Source of the DNA: Catajapyx aquilonaris
Taxonomy: Eukaryota
NCBI GenBank assembly: GCA_000934665.2
Contig: JYFJ02000715.1
Location: forward strand, 1-64,000
DNA: 64,000 bases
Direction: 5' to 3'
Both the position numbers and the translations under genes were made by a program. The notes below the pieces were generated by a model. The model was given only the letters and a program-made list of their open reading frames with translations, was not told where the DNA came from and searched no databases. Positions within the stretch are counted from its first letter, which is position 1, and every line of letters begins with the position of its first letter. Of this stretch, positions 24,939-39,886 are shown in pieces.

Positions 24939-26083
24939 AAAAAAATTAATATTTTGGCGACTCAAAAGGAAGATTCAGGTGTGGGAGAAATGAAAGTGAT
25001 CAGTCAATGGATTTACATATAATATCTCCTTAAATGTGTGGATCCAAATGCAGAAACACCGAAGACAATATTGAAAAATCAATTGCGCACCTTTGTGTGA
25101 CTAAACGTAATGTGCAGGTTCTGCTCAGTATCATACATTTTTAAAAGGTAATATCTTTTTTTACTTTTGCATACGTGTCAGTATTACGCATTAGGATTCT
25201 ACGCTTTAGTTTCACAGAACATGTTTATTTTTTTTAATGTGCAAAAGGGACATGTGAATTTACATCTGGTAATAAGCTAAAACATCAACACAGTGTCTAT
25301 TGATTCGCATTTGCGTAAAACAGGTAATTGAAAAAAGGTCATACAGAATCTGCAAATTACGTCCACTGGTGTGAAACAGCTCAATCGTTTGTAAGGTTAT
25401 CTAACAGCGTACAAATTTATTCTGGTTTCGGGTAATAGTATTTCGCAAACTTAAATCGCGACGTCCTCCTCCCAATAAATGAAACTATCAGTACAATACC
25501 TCAATCTCTCTTTAAAACTATGTAGGCACCACATTTGCAAAAAAAAAAAAAAATTGTTGGCACAATTTGATTAATTTCCACTCTTCCATACTTTAAAAAA
25601 AAAAAAATTGCATTTGGATTTACACAAAGTAATAAAGACAAAAAATGTTTTATGTTCATTCCTCTTTAACATTTAGGGCATTGTATTTCAGTAGCCTTTG
25701 TGTTTTTTTTTTAATAACTTTTTTTCGTACGTTGCATGAATTGTGCCCATTTAGTGTAAGTCTTGTTCACAATCATGTAACTTTTGACGGTTGCTTCAAA
25801 AAGACTTATTATTTGGGTTTGGTGAAAAACAAAAACCAAAAAAAAAAAGCCTATGTATGCAGTGTGTGCAGTAATGTTATTCTGTGATAACTGCAGTTGT
25901 ACAGTAGGAAAAAGTGTGCCAATATTTTTGCCATACCTAAGCAACAAAAAAAACATGTCTTCTGTCGACTCTTTAATTTCTCATTTCCAACGTAATCATG
26001 TGTATAATTCCAATTATCTGCTCTGTCTTACATGTACGCATGAAGTAAAGGTTGTAATGAAACTTGCGGTTTTCATCTCTACC

Positions 26084-29000
26084 TCACCTGACAGTACTCT
26101 TCCGCAGCTTTGCGATCCACTCTTTGCACTCAGGAAGGATAAGCTCGGATGCTTCCATGGCAGCGCACAGTTGTCCCAACTTCTTCGGAAGGTCTTCTGC
26201 AGCATCAATCCCAGACGCCAGCGTAACCAGCTGCAATACACTAGTTTTGCAAACCAGGTCGGTGCAGTCGGGGATTGCGTTTCGTATGGCATCGAAGTCG
26301 CAATCCTCACTGCCGCTTTCCTCGGGCGGGTCAGTCGCATTCGGCCAAACTGTGCCTAGCCAGGAAGCCAGCCCCTGCGTGTACAGCTGTTTTGCTTGGA
26401 CATCATCACTGGGTCTGAACGGCAGCAAAATCCGGCATATTGAAGTAAACAGGGGTGTATCTTCGCAACAACAAATAGCTTTTACGACGACCTGGAGAAG
26501 AAAAAATTCGTGCACAGTTAGATTGATAATTGCTCTGAAGCAAGTACTGAGTTTAACAGCGAATGTCCCACAGATCATGACCACTTGTGAAGCTTAAACG
26601 CATCAGCCGAAGCAGAGCATTACCTCGTCATCTGTACAATCTCTCGACTTGCTCAGCAAACCCTGGCATATTTCCTTGCTGGCTTGAATCAGTTTCGCAG
26701 CCAGAGACGTTTGTGCTCCTCGTCCTGGCGTTGGAACCACCTTTGCCAGCAAGTTCACCATCTCTTCCTCATCGACGTTGAACTCCTGCAGCTCCGTCTT
26801 AACCACTTCTAACCAGGGCTTTCCGTCTGGTTCCAAGCAGCCGTAGTCCGCACCAGGAATGGGTCTAGGTAGAGTGGTCATGCGACGAGTGAGCTTTTCG
26901 TGCACTAGGATCAAGGGATCGCAGCAAAGGATTTCCGGATGGTGGACTTTGAGACTTCTGGCCATTTCAAAGTCCAGTTTTTGGAGGCAGTTGGTGAAGC
27001 AGAGGAAAGCGATTGCGATTGCTTCTTGGGGAGATCCTGCTTTCTGTGCTAATACCGATGCCAGCTTCAATGACGAATTGTCACCGACTTTCATGAGGAG
27101 AAGGTACGCTTCTCGAAGTTGTCCCAGAGCAATGTGGCTGAAAAAAAATAGACAAATTTTGTTAAATCACCGCACCATCATTGCAATTTCATGTCTCACC
27201 ATTTGACGCCAATTTCACTCTGCCCCGTCAACTGAGCGTGATGAATATACTTCCTGTAGAGCTCTCCGATGAGTGGATCCCCTTCAGGCAACCAATTACG
27301 AGCCATGGCCACTGCCTCCCGGCACATTCCCTTCTCCACTAGACCTCTGGCGGCACTCTCCACCTTTCCTGCCGCCAGCTTGTACATCGATGCCTTGACG
27401 TGCTCTCCTTCTTCCTCCAGTTGATGAGCATAAGATTCACACATTTCCATCCAAAACTTGCGTGATACTGACGGAGCCAGTGTCACCATCCACTCCTCGA
27501 GATGTCCGGCTTTGTTGGCCGTCTCAATCGCTTGCTTCAGATCACCTAAGGTGCAACAAGGTTATTTACACATGTTGACATCATTGTGTTCGTCATGTAA
27601 AATCTGGTTTTGCGACTAATAATATTTTACCTTTAAAAGCTCCAACTTGCACGTATTGTTCCCATACATCGTGATCTTTATGTGCCTGCATTTCCCCATC
27701 TAATGTGCGAGCCAAATCGCCATGGTCTTTTGAGAAGAATCCTAAATTCATGAGTTCCCCGGTGCCGATATTTCCTTTGCCTTCGTCCTCCAGTAGCCTG
27801 TACATTGCCTCTTGCACCACGGCCCTGCCTCGGCAATCAAGCGTGGAGCATGTGGGAAACAGGCTGCGTTTCTTCAAGTATCGATTCTTGGCCTCGTATG
27901 ACATTACGCCAATCTTGGTGTAACTCTGCCCAGGTCGTTTCTCTCTCGGATCTGATTGGACATCCGGATGTTTCTCATTTGGAATTTCTTGGCAATCTTC
28001 ACTCGGTTTTCCTTGGGTTTGAGTAACGCCAGAGGAAACATCGCCTTTCTTCTCTCCATTCACAGCCTTCAGTGCATGAAACTTCTTCTTGCCGGTGAAC
28101 TTTCCATCCTTCTCCTTTTGCGTCAGCTTCTTTTCTAAAATGAGATGGCATCAGTAGCAGGCAATTTACGTAGACCCATTACATTAAAAAAAAAAGAAAT
28201 ATCACGATGATCCCTCGCAAAGTGGCTTACTTTTCGGATCTGGCAGTGTCCTCTTCTGCTCCGACACACGCCAGACGTTGATTAAGAAGTCATCACCACC
28301 AGTGATCACCAAATCTGGATCCAGTGGGCTCCATATTCCGCAGAAGAGTCTTCCATCGTGCCCCTGAAAGTTCGCGAGTGGCTTCCCTTTGATTGCGTCC
28401 CACACTTGAGCCGATGCATCGTACGAAACGGAAAGAAGCTGTCCTTCAACATGTGGGCTCCACTGTATCCGTGCAATCTGGTTTAAGTGACCCTCCAGTG
28501 TCACAGTGCTGCGGGTCACCAATTTCTCAGTGTCACCACCGCCAAAATGAGCCGACAAATCGTACACTTTGATCACACTGTCCTTCGACGCAACTGCTAC
28601 CCAGTGGACGTATTGGGAAGGCTGCTCGGATGAAGAAAGGTGTTGCGGATGCCACTTTACACCTTGTATTACTTTATGATGAGCTGCTAATGTGCACATT
28701 AGACGGAGGGTCCTGCAGTCGTACATATCGACGACACTAGAACATCAGAAGAGGTAACATGAAGCACACTCGAGTCGTCTCGTTTCAAGTAAATTCTGTT
28801 CATTCACGAGTAAGTAATGTACATTTTAATCGGATTTAAGTGATTAAATTGGCCCGTTACTCACCCCAGCTCAGTTCCAACTGCAAGGACATTCAGCTCC
28901 GAGTTCCAGATCAGTTCGGACACATGCAGCATTGGCATCTCCGGGTTGGCTTCCCTCAACTGACAATCCAAGGACGCGGCATCTGTAATATGCAAATGTG

Positions 29001-30829
29001 ACTCATGAAATCGGCAGCTGACAACTTGGGAGTTAACTTACTCTTCTGCGGTTGACTCGGATCAAAAATGAATCCCTTCTTTCCGCAACATGTGTAGAGA
29101 AGCATGTTTGGTTTCTGGTTGCCCTCGTCCTTTTTGTATGGAAACTTTGGCGCCCAAGTGAGCGCATAAACCATCCTGGAATGATGCGCCTGGAAGATGA
29201 TCGGAGGCTTGTTGTTGCAGGCCAACACGTCGTGGATACCAACACGACCTTCCTCGGTCCCAAACGCAAGCCAGGACTCACGCCACGGGTGCCATGCAAG
29301 CTAAAAAAAATTTCATATTAATACGTAGTAGCCGAGCGGAAATCTACAGTAACTCACCACAGTGACTTTCCCTTTGATCCCCTGCCAGATTGAGGCTACA
29401 TCAGCTATGTCCTTTGACGCCATGTTCCACACTCGGATTATGTTGTCTCCGACTCCAACTGCTATTCTACTCGGATCAATCGGGGATGGCATCAGATCAT
29501 AGACGAAACCACCGATCGTTGGAATCTTGCATACGACTTTGGCACTCTTTGTATCCCAGATGACGATAGACCTGCCGAAGTAATTGGACGTTAAAATAGG
29601 AGTCGTAAAAGACCTTAGTTATAACATGATTGTTCGCAAATGAACTCAGTTGTGTAAGGCCGCATTTACATGTGAATAATTCTCTTTGTTTGGGATGAAA
29701 GTACTTTCGTCCCAAACAAAGCGAATCGTTCACATGTAAACACGGCCTAATTATGATCCATCTCACCTATCCTGAGCCGCACTCCATACCCAGTGGGTCG
29801 TACCGGAGAGATTGAACAAACCCCTTGCATGTTCTCTGTGCATTGTGTTGCATCCTTGTTTCGGTTCGTTCCGCATTTTGAAGAGATCCCAACGAAGCAA
29901 CTCGCCGTCAATCCCACTCGAGTACAGAAACTCCGGCTCTTTCCACACCAGACCGAAGAACATGGTGGCATGCTTTTTCTCCGTTGTCGTCTTTAGCTTG
30001 CTGATGGGCAAATCGATAATAAGGAGAGTGCGGCCCTGGGTGGCGGACCACACTCGGATCTGCTTGTCACGCCCAACTGTCGCAAGTAGGAGAGGCTGAC
30101 GTGCCTCGGGGACAGGCTCGGCTGGTTCGGTTTCTTCAGGGCGGAAGACATCACGGGTGACTGGACACCATGTGACGGACTGGACATCCTGGTTGTGGCC
30201 TCGCATACGATGGATTACATCTCCAGCTGTGAAAATATCACAATGGCGTAAGTAACATATGAGTTTTCACGGATTTCGCACTTACTGTCGACGTTCATGA
30301 TGTATACAAGCCCTTTCTGGCACCCAAATGCCAGCCAGTGTTGCCTGTGTGGGGAGCACTGTATGCAGTTAATCGCCTCCTTAGGGAATCGGAAGAGCTT
30401 ATGCGCGTTCTTCCTCAGGTTCCACCATACGATGGTACCGCCATCGTCGCCCGATGCCACATAATTGGGGTTGAACTGGGACCAATCCAAACAGTAAACG
30501 CTGGTCTTGTGAGCCGAGCAAGCCACGACTTCCTTGTTGTCCGAACCCCAAACACGGACCAGCCCATCCTCCCCACCCGTGACAATCCGGCACTCGTTGG
30601 AGCCTCCAGGCTCAAAACACACGCAGTTGGCTCGACCCTCGTGGGTGTAGTACAACACCTGTACTTGCGGTAGGTACGGTATGGTCCTGGGCTGTGCGGC
30701 CAGGTCCGGGTCATAGGTCAAGATGACCACATGCTGACGTGACACATACGCAAACCTGTAGTCCCCATCAGAAGCGGTTGCATTGCTCAAGTACCAGTTG
30801 GACGAAGGTGGAAAAGTCATCAAACTCAT
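26084..30829 (-). CDS. GEMIN5: Gem-associated protein 5 / rigor mortis (WD40 + TPR-like region), ~1290 aa
   Basis: Exons 30829-30286, 30226-29767, 29571-29358, 29300-29042, 28982-28865, 28736-28231, 28134-27631, 27545-27200, 27137-26624 and 26491-26084, all phases compatible. Hallmarks FPPSSNWY, PTIGGFVYDL...IAVGVGDNIIRVWN, WQGIKGKVTVLAWHP...LAFGTEEGRVG, SVSYDASAQVWD and MVTLAPSVSRKFW. The last exon may instead splice at cag|gtgagg near 26088. Confidence 0.93.
29658..29747. mobile_element. Harbinger-type MITE, family C (GEMIN5 intron), near-perfect hairpin
   Basis: TAA|GGCCGCATTTACATGTGAA...TTCACATGTAAACACGGCC|TAA, with a 3-bp TAA duplication. Confidence 0.85.
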
Positions 30830-30863
30830 CGTTGGATCTGCGGGTCACCTGCAATGTAACCAA

Positions 30864-31716
30864 CGTTAAGTCTTGTACGATTTAACTAGGGACCCGATTT
30901 AACTAATGGAACGGCTTGTACGATTTAACTGACATTAAGGCTGGTTTACCTGAGGTTAAGGCTTGTATTCATGATTTAACTGACGTTAAGAGGGATTTAA
31001 CTAGGGACCCGATTTAGCTAATGTTAAGGCTTGTACGATTTTACTGACGTTAAGGATTGTATGATTTAACTGACGTTAAAAGGCTTGTACCTTGGCTTGT
31101 ATGATTTAACTAGCATTAAGGCTTGTACAATTTAACTAATGTTAAGGCTTACAGGATTTAACTAATGGTAATGCTGGTTTAATTGAGGTTAAGGCTTGTA
31201 TGATTTAACTGATGTTAAGGCTAGTTTAACTGACGTTAAGGCTTGCATGATTTAACTGGCGTTAAGGCTTGCATGATTTAGCTGACGTTAAGGCTGGTTT
31301 AACTGAGGTTAAGGCGGGTTAAGGCTTGTACAATTTAACTAGTGTTAAGGCTTACACGATTTAACTAATGGTAATGCTGGTTTAATTGAGGTTAAGGCTT
31401 GTATGATTTAACTGATGTTAAGGCTGGTTTAACTGACATTAAGGCTTGCATGATTTAGCTGACGTTAAGGCTGGTTTAACTGAGGTTAAGTCTTGTATGA
31501 TTTAACTAATGTTAAGCCTTACACGATTTAACTGATGGTAACGCTGGTTTAACAGAGGTTAAGGCTTGTGTGATTTAACTGACGTTAGGGCTTGCATGAT
31601 TTATCTGACGTTAAGGCTGGCTTAACTGAGGTAAAGTCTTGTGCGATTTAATTCCTGTTAAGCCTTGCACAATTTAATTAAGGCATTAACCTTAATTAAC
31701 AGGCACTAACCTTAAC
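30864..31716. repeat. Degenerate minisatellite of interspersed 26-nt and 21-nt units filling the GEMIN5 5' UTR intron
   Basis: Units gttaaggcttgtatgatttaactgac and gttaaggctggtttaactgag. Bounded on the minus strand by donor aag|gttagt (31710) and acceptor ttgcag| (30849). Confidence 0.9.
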
Positions 31717-32094
31717 TTTGAAGCAACAAAAGGACGTGGTCCAATCCACGCCGGTTTCAACCCGCGTCCGAATTGTATGTGACGTCACACGACAACCCCA
31801 TCATATCGGACGCAACCACACATTTTATGTACCGAATCCGGACCGAATCGCACCATATTTATGTAATATTTGTTTAAATATAATATATTATTAATAAGCA
31901 TGATTTAATTCGGGAATTAGTGTTAGAATGTCGTGTGTGTGTCATGGCAACGGTTGGTGTCGCCGCCTGGTGGCCGCGATCTGGAACTCTTTCTTCGAGA
32001 CGGCGGCCATTGCACGTCTTCCGCCTTCCATTTCCACTCGCTGTTCCTTTGTAGGAGAAATTTCTCTTGCATTTCCCTTCCTTCGAGTGTGTAG
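31711..32094. promoter_or_regulatory. Putative bidirectional promoter and 5' UTRs of GEMIN5 (-) and RBX1 (+)
   Basis: Less than 400 nt between the inferred GEMIN5 first-exon donor and the RBX1 ATG. Contains palindromic TGTGACGTCACA (CRE-like, ~31778) and an X-box-like GTGTCATGGCAAC (~31939). Confidence 0.5.
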
Positions 32095-34003
<1,909 letters not shown>

Positions 34004-34527
34004 AGTGGTCTTATCTTCTACACCGCTTTTGGTTTTTCCCTCCCCCCTCCACCCCCTAAATATTTTGTATCACATCCTTTGTTTTGTATAATTTGGAAGA
34101 GCCAGTACCTGGCACATTGACATTTTTCTGTCAGTTTTACCCCCCTAATCATAACTCTGGTATTAATATGAAGAGGCACCAGGTGTAAGGAACTTTGTTG
34201 CGAACATTAAACATTGGAGGGTGTGCCGTCAATTTTATTGAGATTATTAGCTGTTCCTTTTAGTTGTTGTTTTGAGGTGTGTTAGTGGGCCAGTGGTCCG
34301 ATGCAATTTGGATAATATCTGAATACATGACAACATGGAGGAAGGAGACGCAAGTATTACTCAAGATTATGATGTCCACTGCAGCGTATTTGAATTGGAA
34401 TTCTAGTGAACTTGCAGTCTTTCGACACGGATTGTCTGTTGGCTGCGATGGTAACCATTAATGAAGGGCTGATCAAAACCTGCTCCATATTTAGACCCAA
34501 CTTTTATATCATCAAAAATTAATAACT

Positions 34528-35813
34528 TCATGAATCAGGTTTCATTGGTCCGCTGCTCCCATCACTTAGGATGTGCAAGGAGTGTACCATCCAAGGAGGG
34601 CTCCATACAAAGCCAGATCCGTGGTAGACGTGAAAACAAGATGACCAGAAGAAAAAAGTAAACACAGTCAACATCATAGAAGTCACACAGAGGCATGTGA
34701 TGAGTAGAAGATATTCATGAAGGAGCAACTTGTCTTCTTTCTTGTGTTTGCGAGTCCAGTGATCTCTGACACCGTGATAGGGCTTCGGGCTTGGGCTGTA
34801 ACAAAAAAATTCAAGTCAATGAGCTAGTGTGCACCATGAACGTCTTAACTAGTATGTCAATTGTGAGTGGATTCCTTGGCCCAATACAAGGGATGAGAAA
34901 CGTGGAGATACCAACCAGTTGTGATGCAGACGGCGATTTGGATGCTCCTAGACACAACACGGCAACCCACATTTTGAACCTGTCCTCCTGGCCGCATTCT
35001 GCTCTGCAAGAAAGTACTGCATTTAATATAAGCAGATCAAAATGTGCATATCAGGCTTGCCTGAGCACATCTAATACATCCCAGGATAAGATTCCATGTA
35101 GGTTGCAGTGTGTCCTTAGAATAATTAACGTACTTGTTAACAAGTCATTACTGGTTGGTCCCTACATGTCACGGCTTGTTTTGGACCTAGGAATCCATTA
35201 GCGGATGATTGACATACTACAGGGTCGCCACGAAGTACGAGGCACATGTTTGATGAGCAAATAAAGCAAATAAAACTACCGTACACGAACACATGGAGCA
35301 ATGTATACCAAGGGAGAAAGCTGCTTCGTGTACCTTCGGTTGGGTGGTGTCCAAACCCCGGGTACTGTAGCTTTCCAATAAGTTGGTGTCCCTGGATAGG
35401 AAGTCCCCTGAACGGTCGTGTTTAATTGGCATTGCCCTCTGAGTTGTAATGCGCTCTGTTCAGCTGTCACACGGTATGTCACTAGTGCAGAATGCCTTAC
35501 TTCTAAAACAGGCCTCTCTGGTGGTTGTCTAATTGGCATCCTTGAGGAAAACTGCTGGTTGTGCAACTACTGTCCCTGCAAATGATCCGTTTGTTGATCA
35601 ACATTGCATGCTAGTGAGCCAGTATGAACATTGTGTGGCACATGATACCTTCAGTTGCCATCAGTGTCTCCTTCCTTCGTGAGCATCTGCGTAGTCGATG
35701 CGCAGCTCGAAATTGAGTGTGACTCCAGGTCGCCTTGCTTCCGTCCTCGTCTTTTCAGCAAATAAGCGTGCCAGCTTCCGCAAACTCTCTAGTCCCCCTG
35801 AATCTAAATTAGG
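34528..35813 (-). other. Candidate spliced transcript or small single-pass TM protein gene between RBX1 and DXO
   Basis: A good acceptor (ttttttgttacag) opens an exon at 34795-34528 reading PSPKPYHGVRDHWTRKHKKEDKLLLHEYLLLITCLCVTSMMLTVFTFFFWSS...PDS*, which includes a TM segment. Several short GT-AG-flanked segments lie upstream, but I could not join them into a unique frame. Confidence 0.3.
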
Positions 35814-36431
35814 CTAAAAATAAAATGGCTTGCACTGCCTGTGATTCAACTCAAGTTACTTTTTAAAATGTAACTATAGATACTGTGAAACAATGAATAA
35901 CAAGGATCAACTACATGTTCTGATCACTTAGCTCGACTGGTTAAGTTACGTATGTATAAAATATGCCTAATAAACACACGGAAATTCCAAACACATATTT
36001 CATTAGGTGCTGAAGTGCAAGGCGTACCCAAAGCCAACGTCGTTTTTAACATTCAATAGTCATTGTTAGTGAAACAAATATGAACATTGCAGTGGTAAAA
36101 CTTGACGACAAACAAGCAGGCTTCGATAAACAATGAGCCCAATAAATGCTCTTGCGAAACCCGAGACTCTCTGCGATGCGCATCTAAAGTGCGTACAACA
36201 CTAGCTCAGACTGCTTTCCAAGTCCGAAAAAATATATCGGCGGCCAGTGAGGCAATAATCCGATGCCTGTGGTGCTGGTAACACTGGTCATTTTCAAGAA
36301 AAATGGAAAAACTGCTGTATAATGTCTTGTATTTAAAAAACTGGGTTAAACTCTGAATAAAATTACAGAACATTTTTAAAAAAATTACTGAACATCATTC
36401 AGCGTGTACAATCCTGAGTATCGCAAAATGA

Positions 36432-37798
36432 TCAAACGTGATGAGAACTTCCTCCAGTGGTTACAGCATTGGTGTACCACTCGGGCAGGATAAGATCGTT
36501 AGTCTCTTCATATCTCTCCGCCGTGATTATGGGTCTGTTGGGACTCCAGCTGAAGCAGTAGTGCACCTTCGGGCTGTCAGTTGTCACAACCGACTTCACA
36601 TACTGGAGGAACTCATTCAGAAAGGTCATACAGACGGTCGGATCCCAGAAGTCCTGAAAGTGACAAATCTTGTAGTTTACGTAGCTTGGAAGGCAAGAGA
36701 AATTGGAAGAGGCTTTTACCTTTCCTTGGTTCGGAAGATCCGCTACGTCCACCTCGCCAACTTCATGGACCAGGCCGTCGTCATCACGCAAGCCACGGAC
36801 TATCTTCGTCACACCAACAGTAGTGCACTGGGCCCACCACTTCATAATCTTATGCCTGTTAAATATTTGTAAATTTTAATAGGCTTGCCTACAGTTTTAG
36901 AGAAGTCTGGCTCACCTTCGGTATGTAATGTCCTGTCCCCTAGTTTCAATAACTCGGGTAGTCTTGGCTTCCACAAACTTGTTGCTGTATTTCTTCACGA
37001 CATCTAATTCGGTAAGAGTTTCTCTCGACTCAACGCCATCCATCTCAGCCGCAAATAAGACTGAGCAGGTGGCTATTCTCGTGGTAAAAACGCAAGAGAA
37101 CTCCTCGTTCTCGTTTACAGGTACGTTCGTCTTGGGCTTGCCGTTAGCATCATCTGAAAAACACAATCGGTTCATGTTGACTGCAATTATGAACCTTGAT
37201 GAGTCGCACCTGTGAATATGTACTGCTCGAACTTAAATCCCCAAGCCTGCATGGCCTTCATCCTCTCGGTGTCATGCCGTCTCGACTTTTTCTTCTGCTC
37301 CGTGTCCATGGCGAACAAGTAAATCGTGCCGAGGAACATCGACGCGCAGATCTTCCATCCCTCTTGTTGCTCATACGGTGTGCACATTACTGCTGTCAGC
37401 AGACCTCGGTAGCACACAAACTGTGGCAGAAATCTGACATATTTCGATTAGTAAATCATCCGGTACGTTTTTCCGGTAACGGCTCACCTCTGGCATCCTT
37501 CAGGACTGCTGAAATGATGCCTCTTGGCCAGAATCCAGCGCAGAATATGCTGAAGCCCTTCCCTCTTGAGATCCGCCGTGTCCTTTTTAATCGCAGCGTC
37601 TATCCCTTGCTGCAAGTCAAGCGGTTTTGCCGGCACCTTGTTGTAATCGTAGTACTTCAACTGCGACATGTCCTGTTGAAACTGCCTGGCGCCGTTCAAC
37701 GAGAAGCATCCGAGCAATGAGGGTCGACATGTGACTTCATCTCCTCGGTCCAAATAGTAGCTCGGGTGATGCACACGGTATGGTGACACTAAATCCAT
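36432..37798 (-). CDS. DXO: Decapping and exoribonuclease protein DXO / Dom3Z / Rai1 family, 376 aa
   Basis: Exons 37798-37488, 37433-37210, 37153-36916, 36855-36720 and 36653-36432. Motifs FVCYRGLLT, WGFKFEQY, EFSCVF, AEMDG...EAKT and KWWAQC...GLRDDDG. Confidence 0.95.
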
Positions 37799-39642
37799 TG
37801 TCTGAAAGTTAAATGTCACATTTAAATTTCATTATATGTTACATTTAAATAGCATTAAGGTGTGTAAACCGGTGTAAACTTTTGAGTTATTATAGTCACC
37901 TCTTTGTGAGCTTCCAGTCAACGCTGCCTGTGAATGCAGTTGTCCACCTGCAGAAGGACTATGGCACAACTATAGAAAGCAGAGGCGACTATCATAGTAA
38001 TAGACACGAAGAAGAAATAGACTGACAGATGAAGCCAAACAAAAGTCATTATCTCCTTTTGTTGTCTATCAGAGAAAAAGCCGGTTGTGCCCGACAGCTG
38101 GCAGCACCTACCCATTTGTTTACAAATTTAAATAGATAAAATTAACTTTACGAATTATAAAATTATATTGTTCTGCTTACAGAAAAAGGTAATTAAATTA
38201 AGTTAACTTCCATATTTTTTAAAAAATTTCAGAGGGAATTTTAAATTGCAGCACCTATGGTCTAATATTAATATTATAATTAATTACATAATTATTAATT
38301 ATCCCGATTGATTATATAATTATAATTAATATGGTCTCAGTGCCGGCTATACACATTGTTTACTAATTTAAACAAATAAAGACCCACGAATTTAAATTAT
38401 TTAAAGTAGGCTGCAGATTATTATATTAAATGTAGTCTATTGCATTTTTTTCAGATTTTATTTTCATTATTATTATGGAGGAAATTATTAAATTGCGCAG
38501 CACTTACCAGTAATTGTTTACACGCATTGAAATAAATTTAACGTCATTTAAATACCGGTACGATAAAAATAAGTTTCCAGCACAAGCTATTGAATTCAAT
38601 TTATAGCATTTTTTTGGTTTCATTATTATCGTTATTTAGAGGGGAATTTTTCAATTGCGTTGTCACAGGTTTAGTGCAGATTTTTTTTTTGCGAAATTAA
38701 TTATTGGCTTGTTATACGAGATGCTATTGGCTCAATGAGTGTCGCTTCATTGAACTTGGTGCGTTGAAAGTTCTCTGAGCTGACAACAGACGGCGACGCT
38801 TCGTCTATTTTGTGGAAAATGTCATGATTGCAAATTTGTTGCGAAAAAATATATATTGCGACAAATGCTCATTACAATGCGCGATTTTTTTGAAGCACCC
38901 TGTACAACAAATGGGGCGTTGTTCAGTGCGGTAAACCATGCATGAAACCCGTGGTGCTGGTCATACACCCGTAACAAATTCGCGATTTTTTTTCTCATTC
39001 ATTATCCTCCTGCATTATTGTTCATTGGTGCACCCCATAAGTTATTGAATTAAGTGCAATAATGAAATTTTCCACTTGAAGCCGCGCAATGAAATTGCAA
39101 TAAAAGCGATTTCTTTTCCACTTGTTGCTCTGGATGAAGTTGAAGTAGACCTCGAGAGCAATTTTTTTGTGTGTGTGTGCCTGTGCAAACTAGCGCAATT
39201 TTATGTCCAGTGTTCACAATGCTGTATATTTTTGCGTCGTGCGAAATGCAAGGGGGAAAAAAGGAAGGTATAAAAATAGGCCAAAAAAAAAGAGTAGAAA
39301 CCGGTCGCATGTTCAGAGCAGGATTTAGTCATAAAGAGGCAACAATTCTGGATGCCTATTTGACCCTCCCGTGTTTCCTGTTTGATGCACACACACACAC
39401 ACACACACAAAAAGCAACGCCCTAAAGCATCACGTTGAAAATGGTCCAGTGCAGTGAGATCATCGGATGCGGTTTGTTGCAACCTCATCTCATTACAGTG
39501 AGTCTTGTTTGTTTATATTGAGGGAATAATAAGAGTTGAAGGTGATTTTATCACCACCAAGTATACTCAATAATTAAGGTAATTGAACCTACATGTCCAT
39601 ATAATCAGTAGTGTGTGAACTCAAAAAATTAGGCGGAGTGAA

Positions 39643-39886
39643 TAATTGTTTATTAGCTCAACCGAGTGCGCACCACAGTTCGCGCAGAAAGCACGGTTGG
39701 AATTATCATTGATCATCTAAGCGGGTGTACTGCGGTTGAACTTATTTCCAACGCTACGTTCGGGAGAAAATGGCCGACGTTCACGACGTTGTCAAGGCTC
39801 AAAAGGCTACGGGAGTAACTCTGGCATCGTTGTTGGTAGAGCAATAGAGCTGCGCGAGTGTGGGTGCGTACTCGTAAAAAATTATT
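39643..39886. mobile_element. MITE family D
   Basis: CAACCGAGTGCGCACC...GGGTGCGTACTCG inverted ends. Homologous to 48003-48196 and partly to 43745-43810 (acttatttccaacg core). Confidence 0.65.

Noticed and set aside
25189..25212. Resemblance to the mature miR-927 sequence
   Set aside because: Mismatches in the seed region and no evident precursor hairpin. I recognised no conserved miRNA elsewhere by eye either.
30864..31716. CRISPR-like or coding repeat
   Set aside because: Degenerate 21/26-nt minisatellite without spacers and with frequent stop codons.
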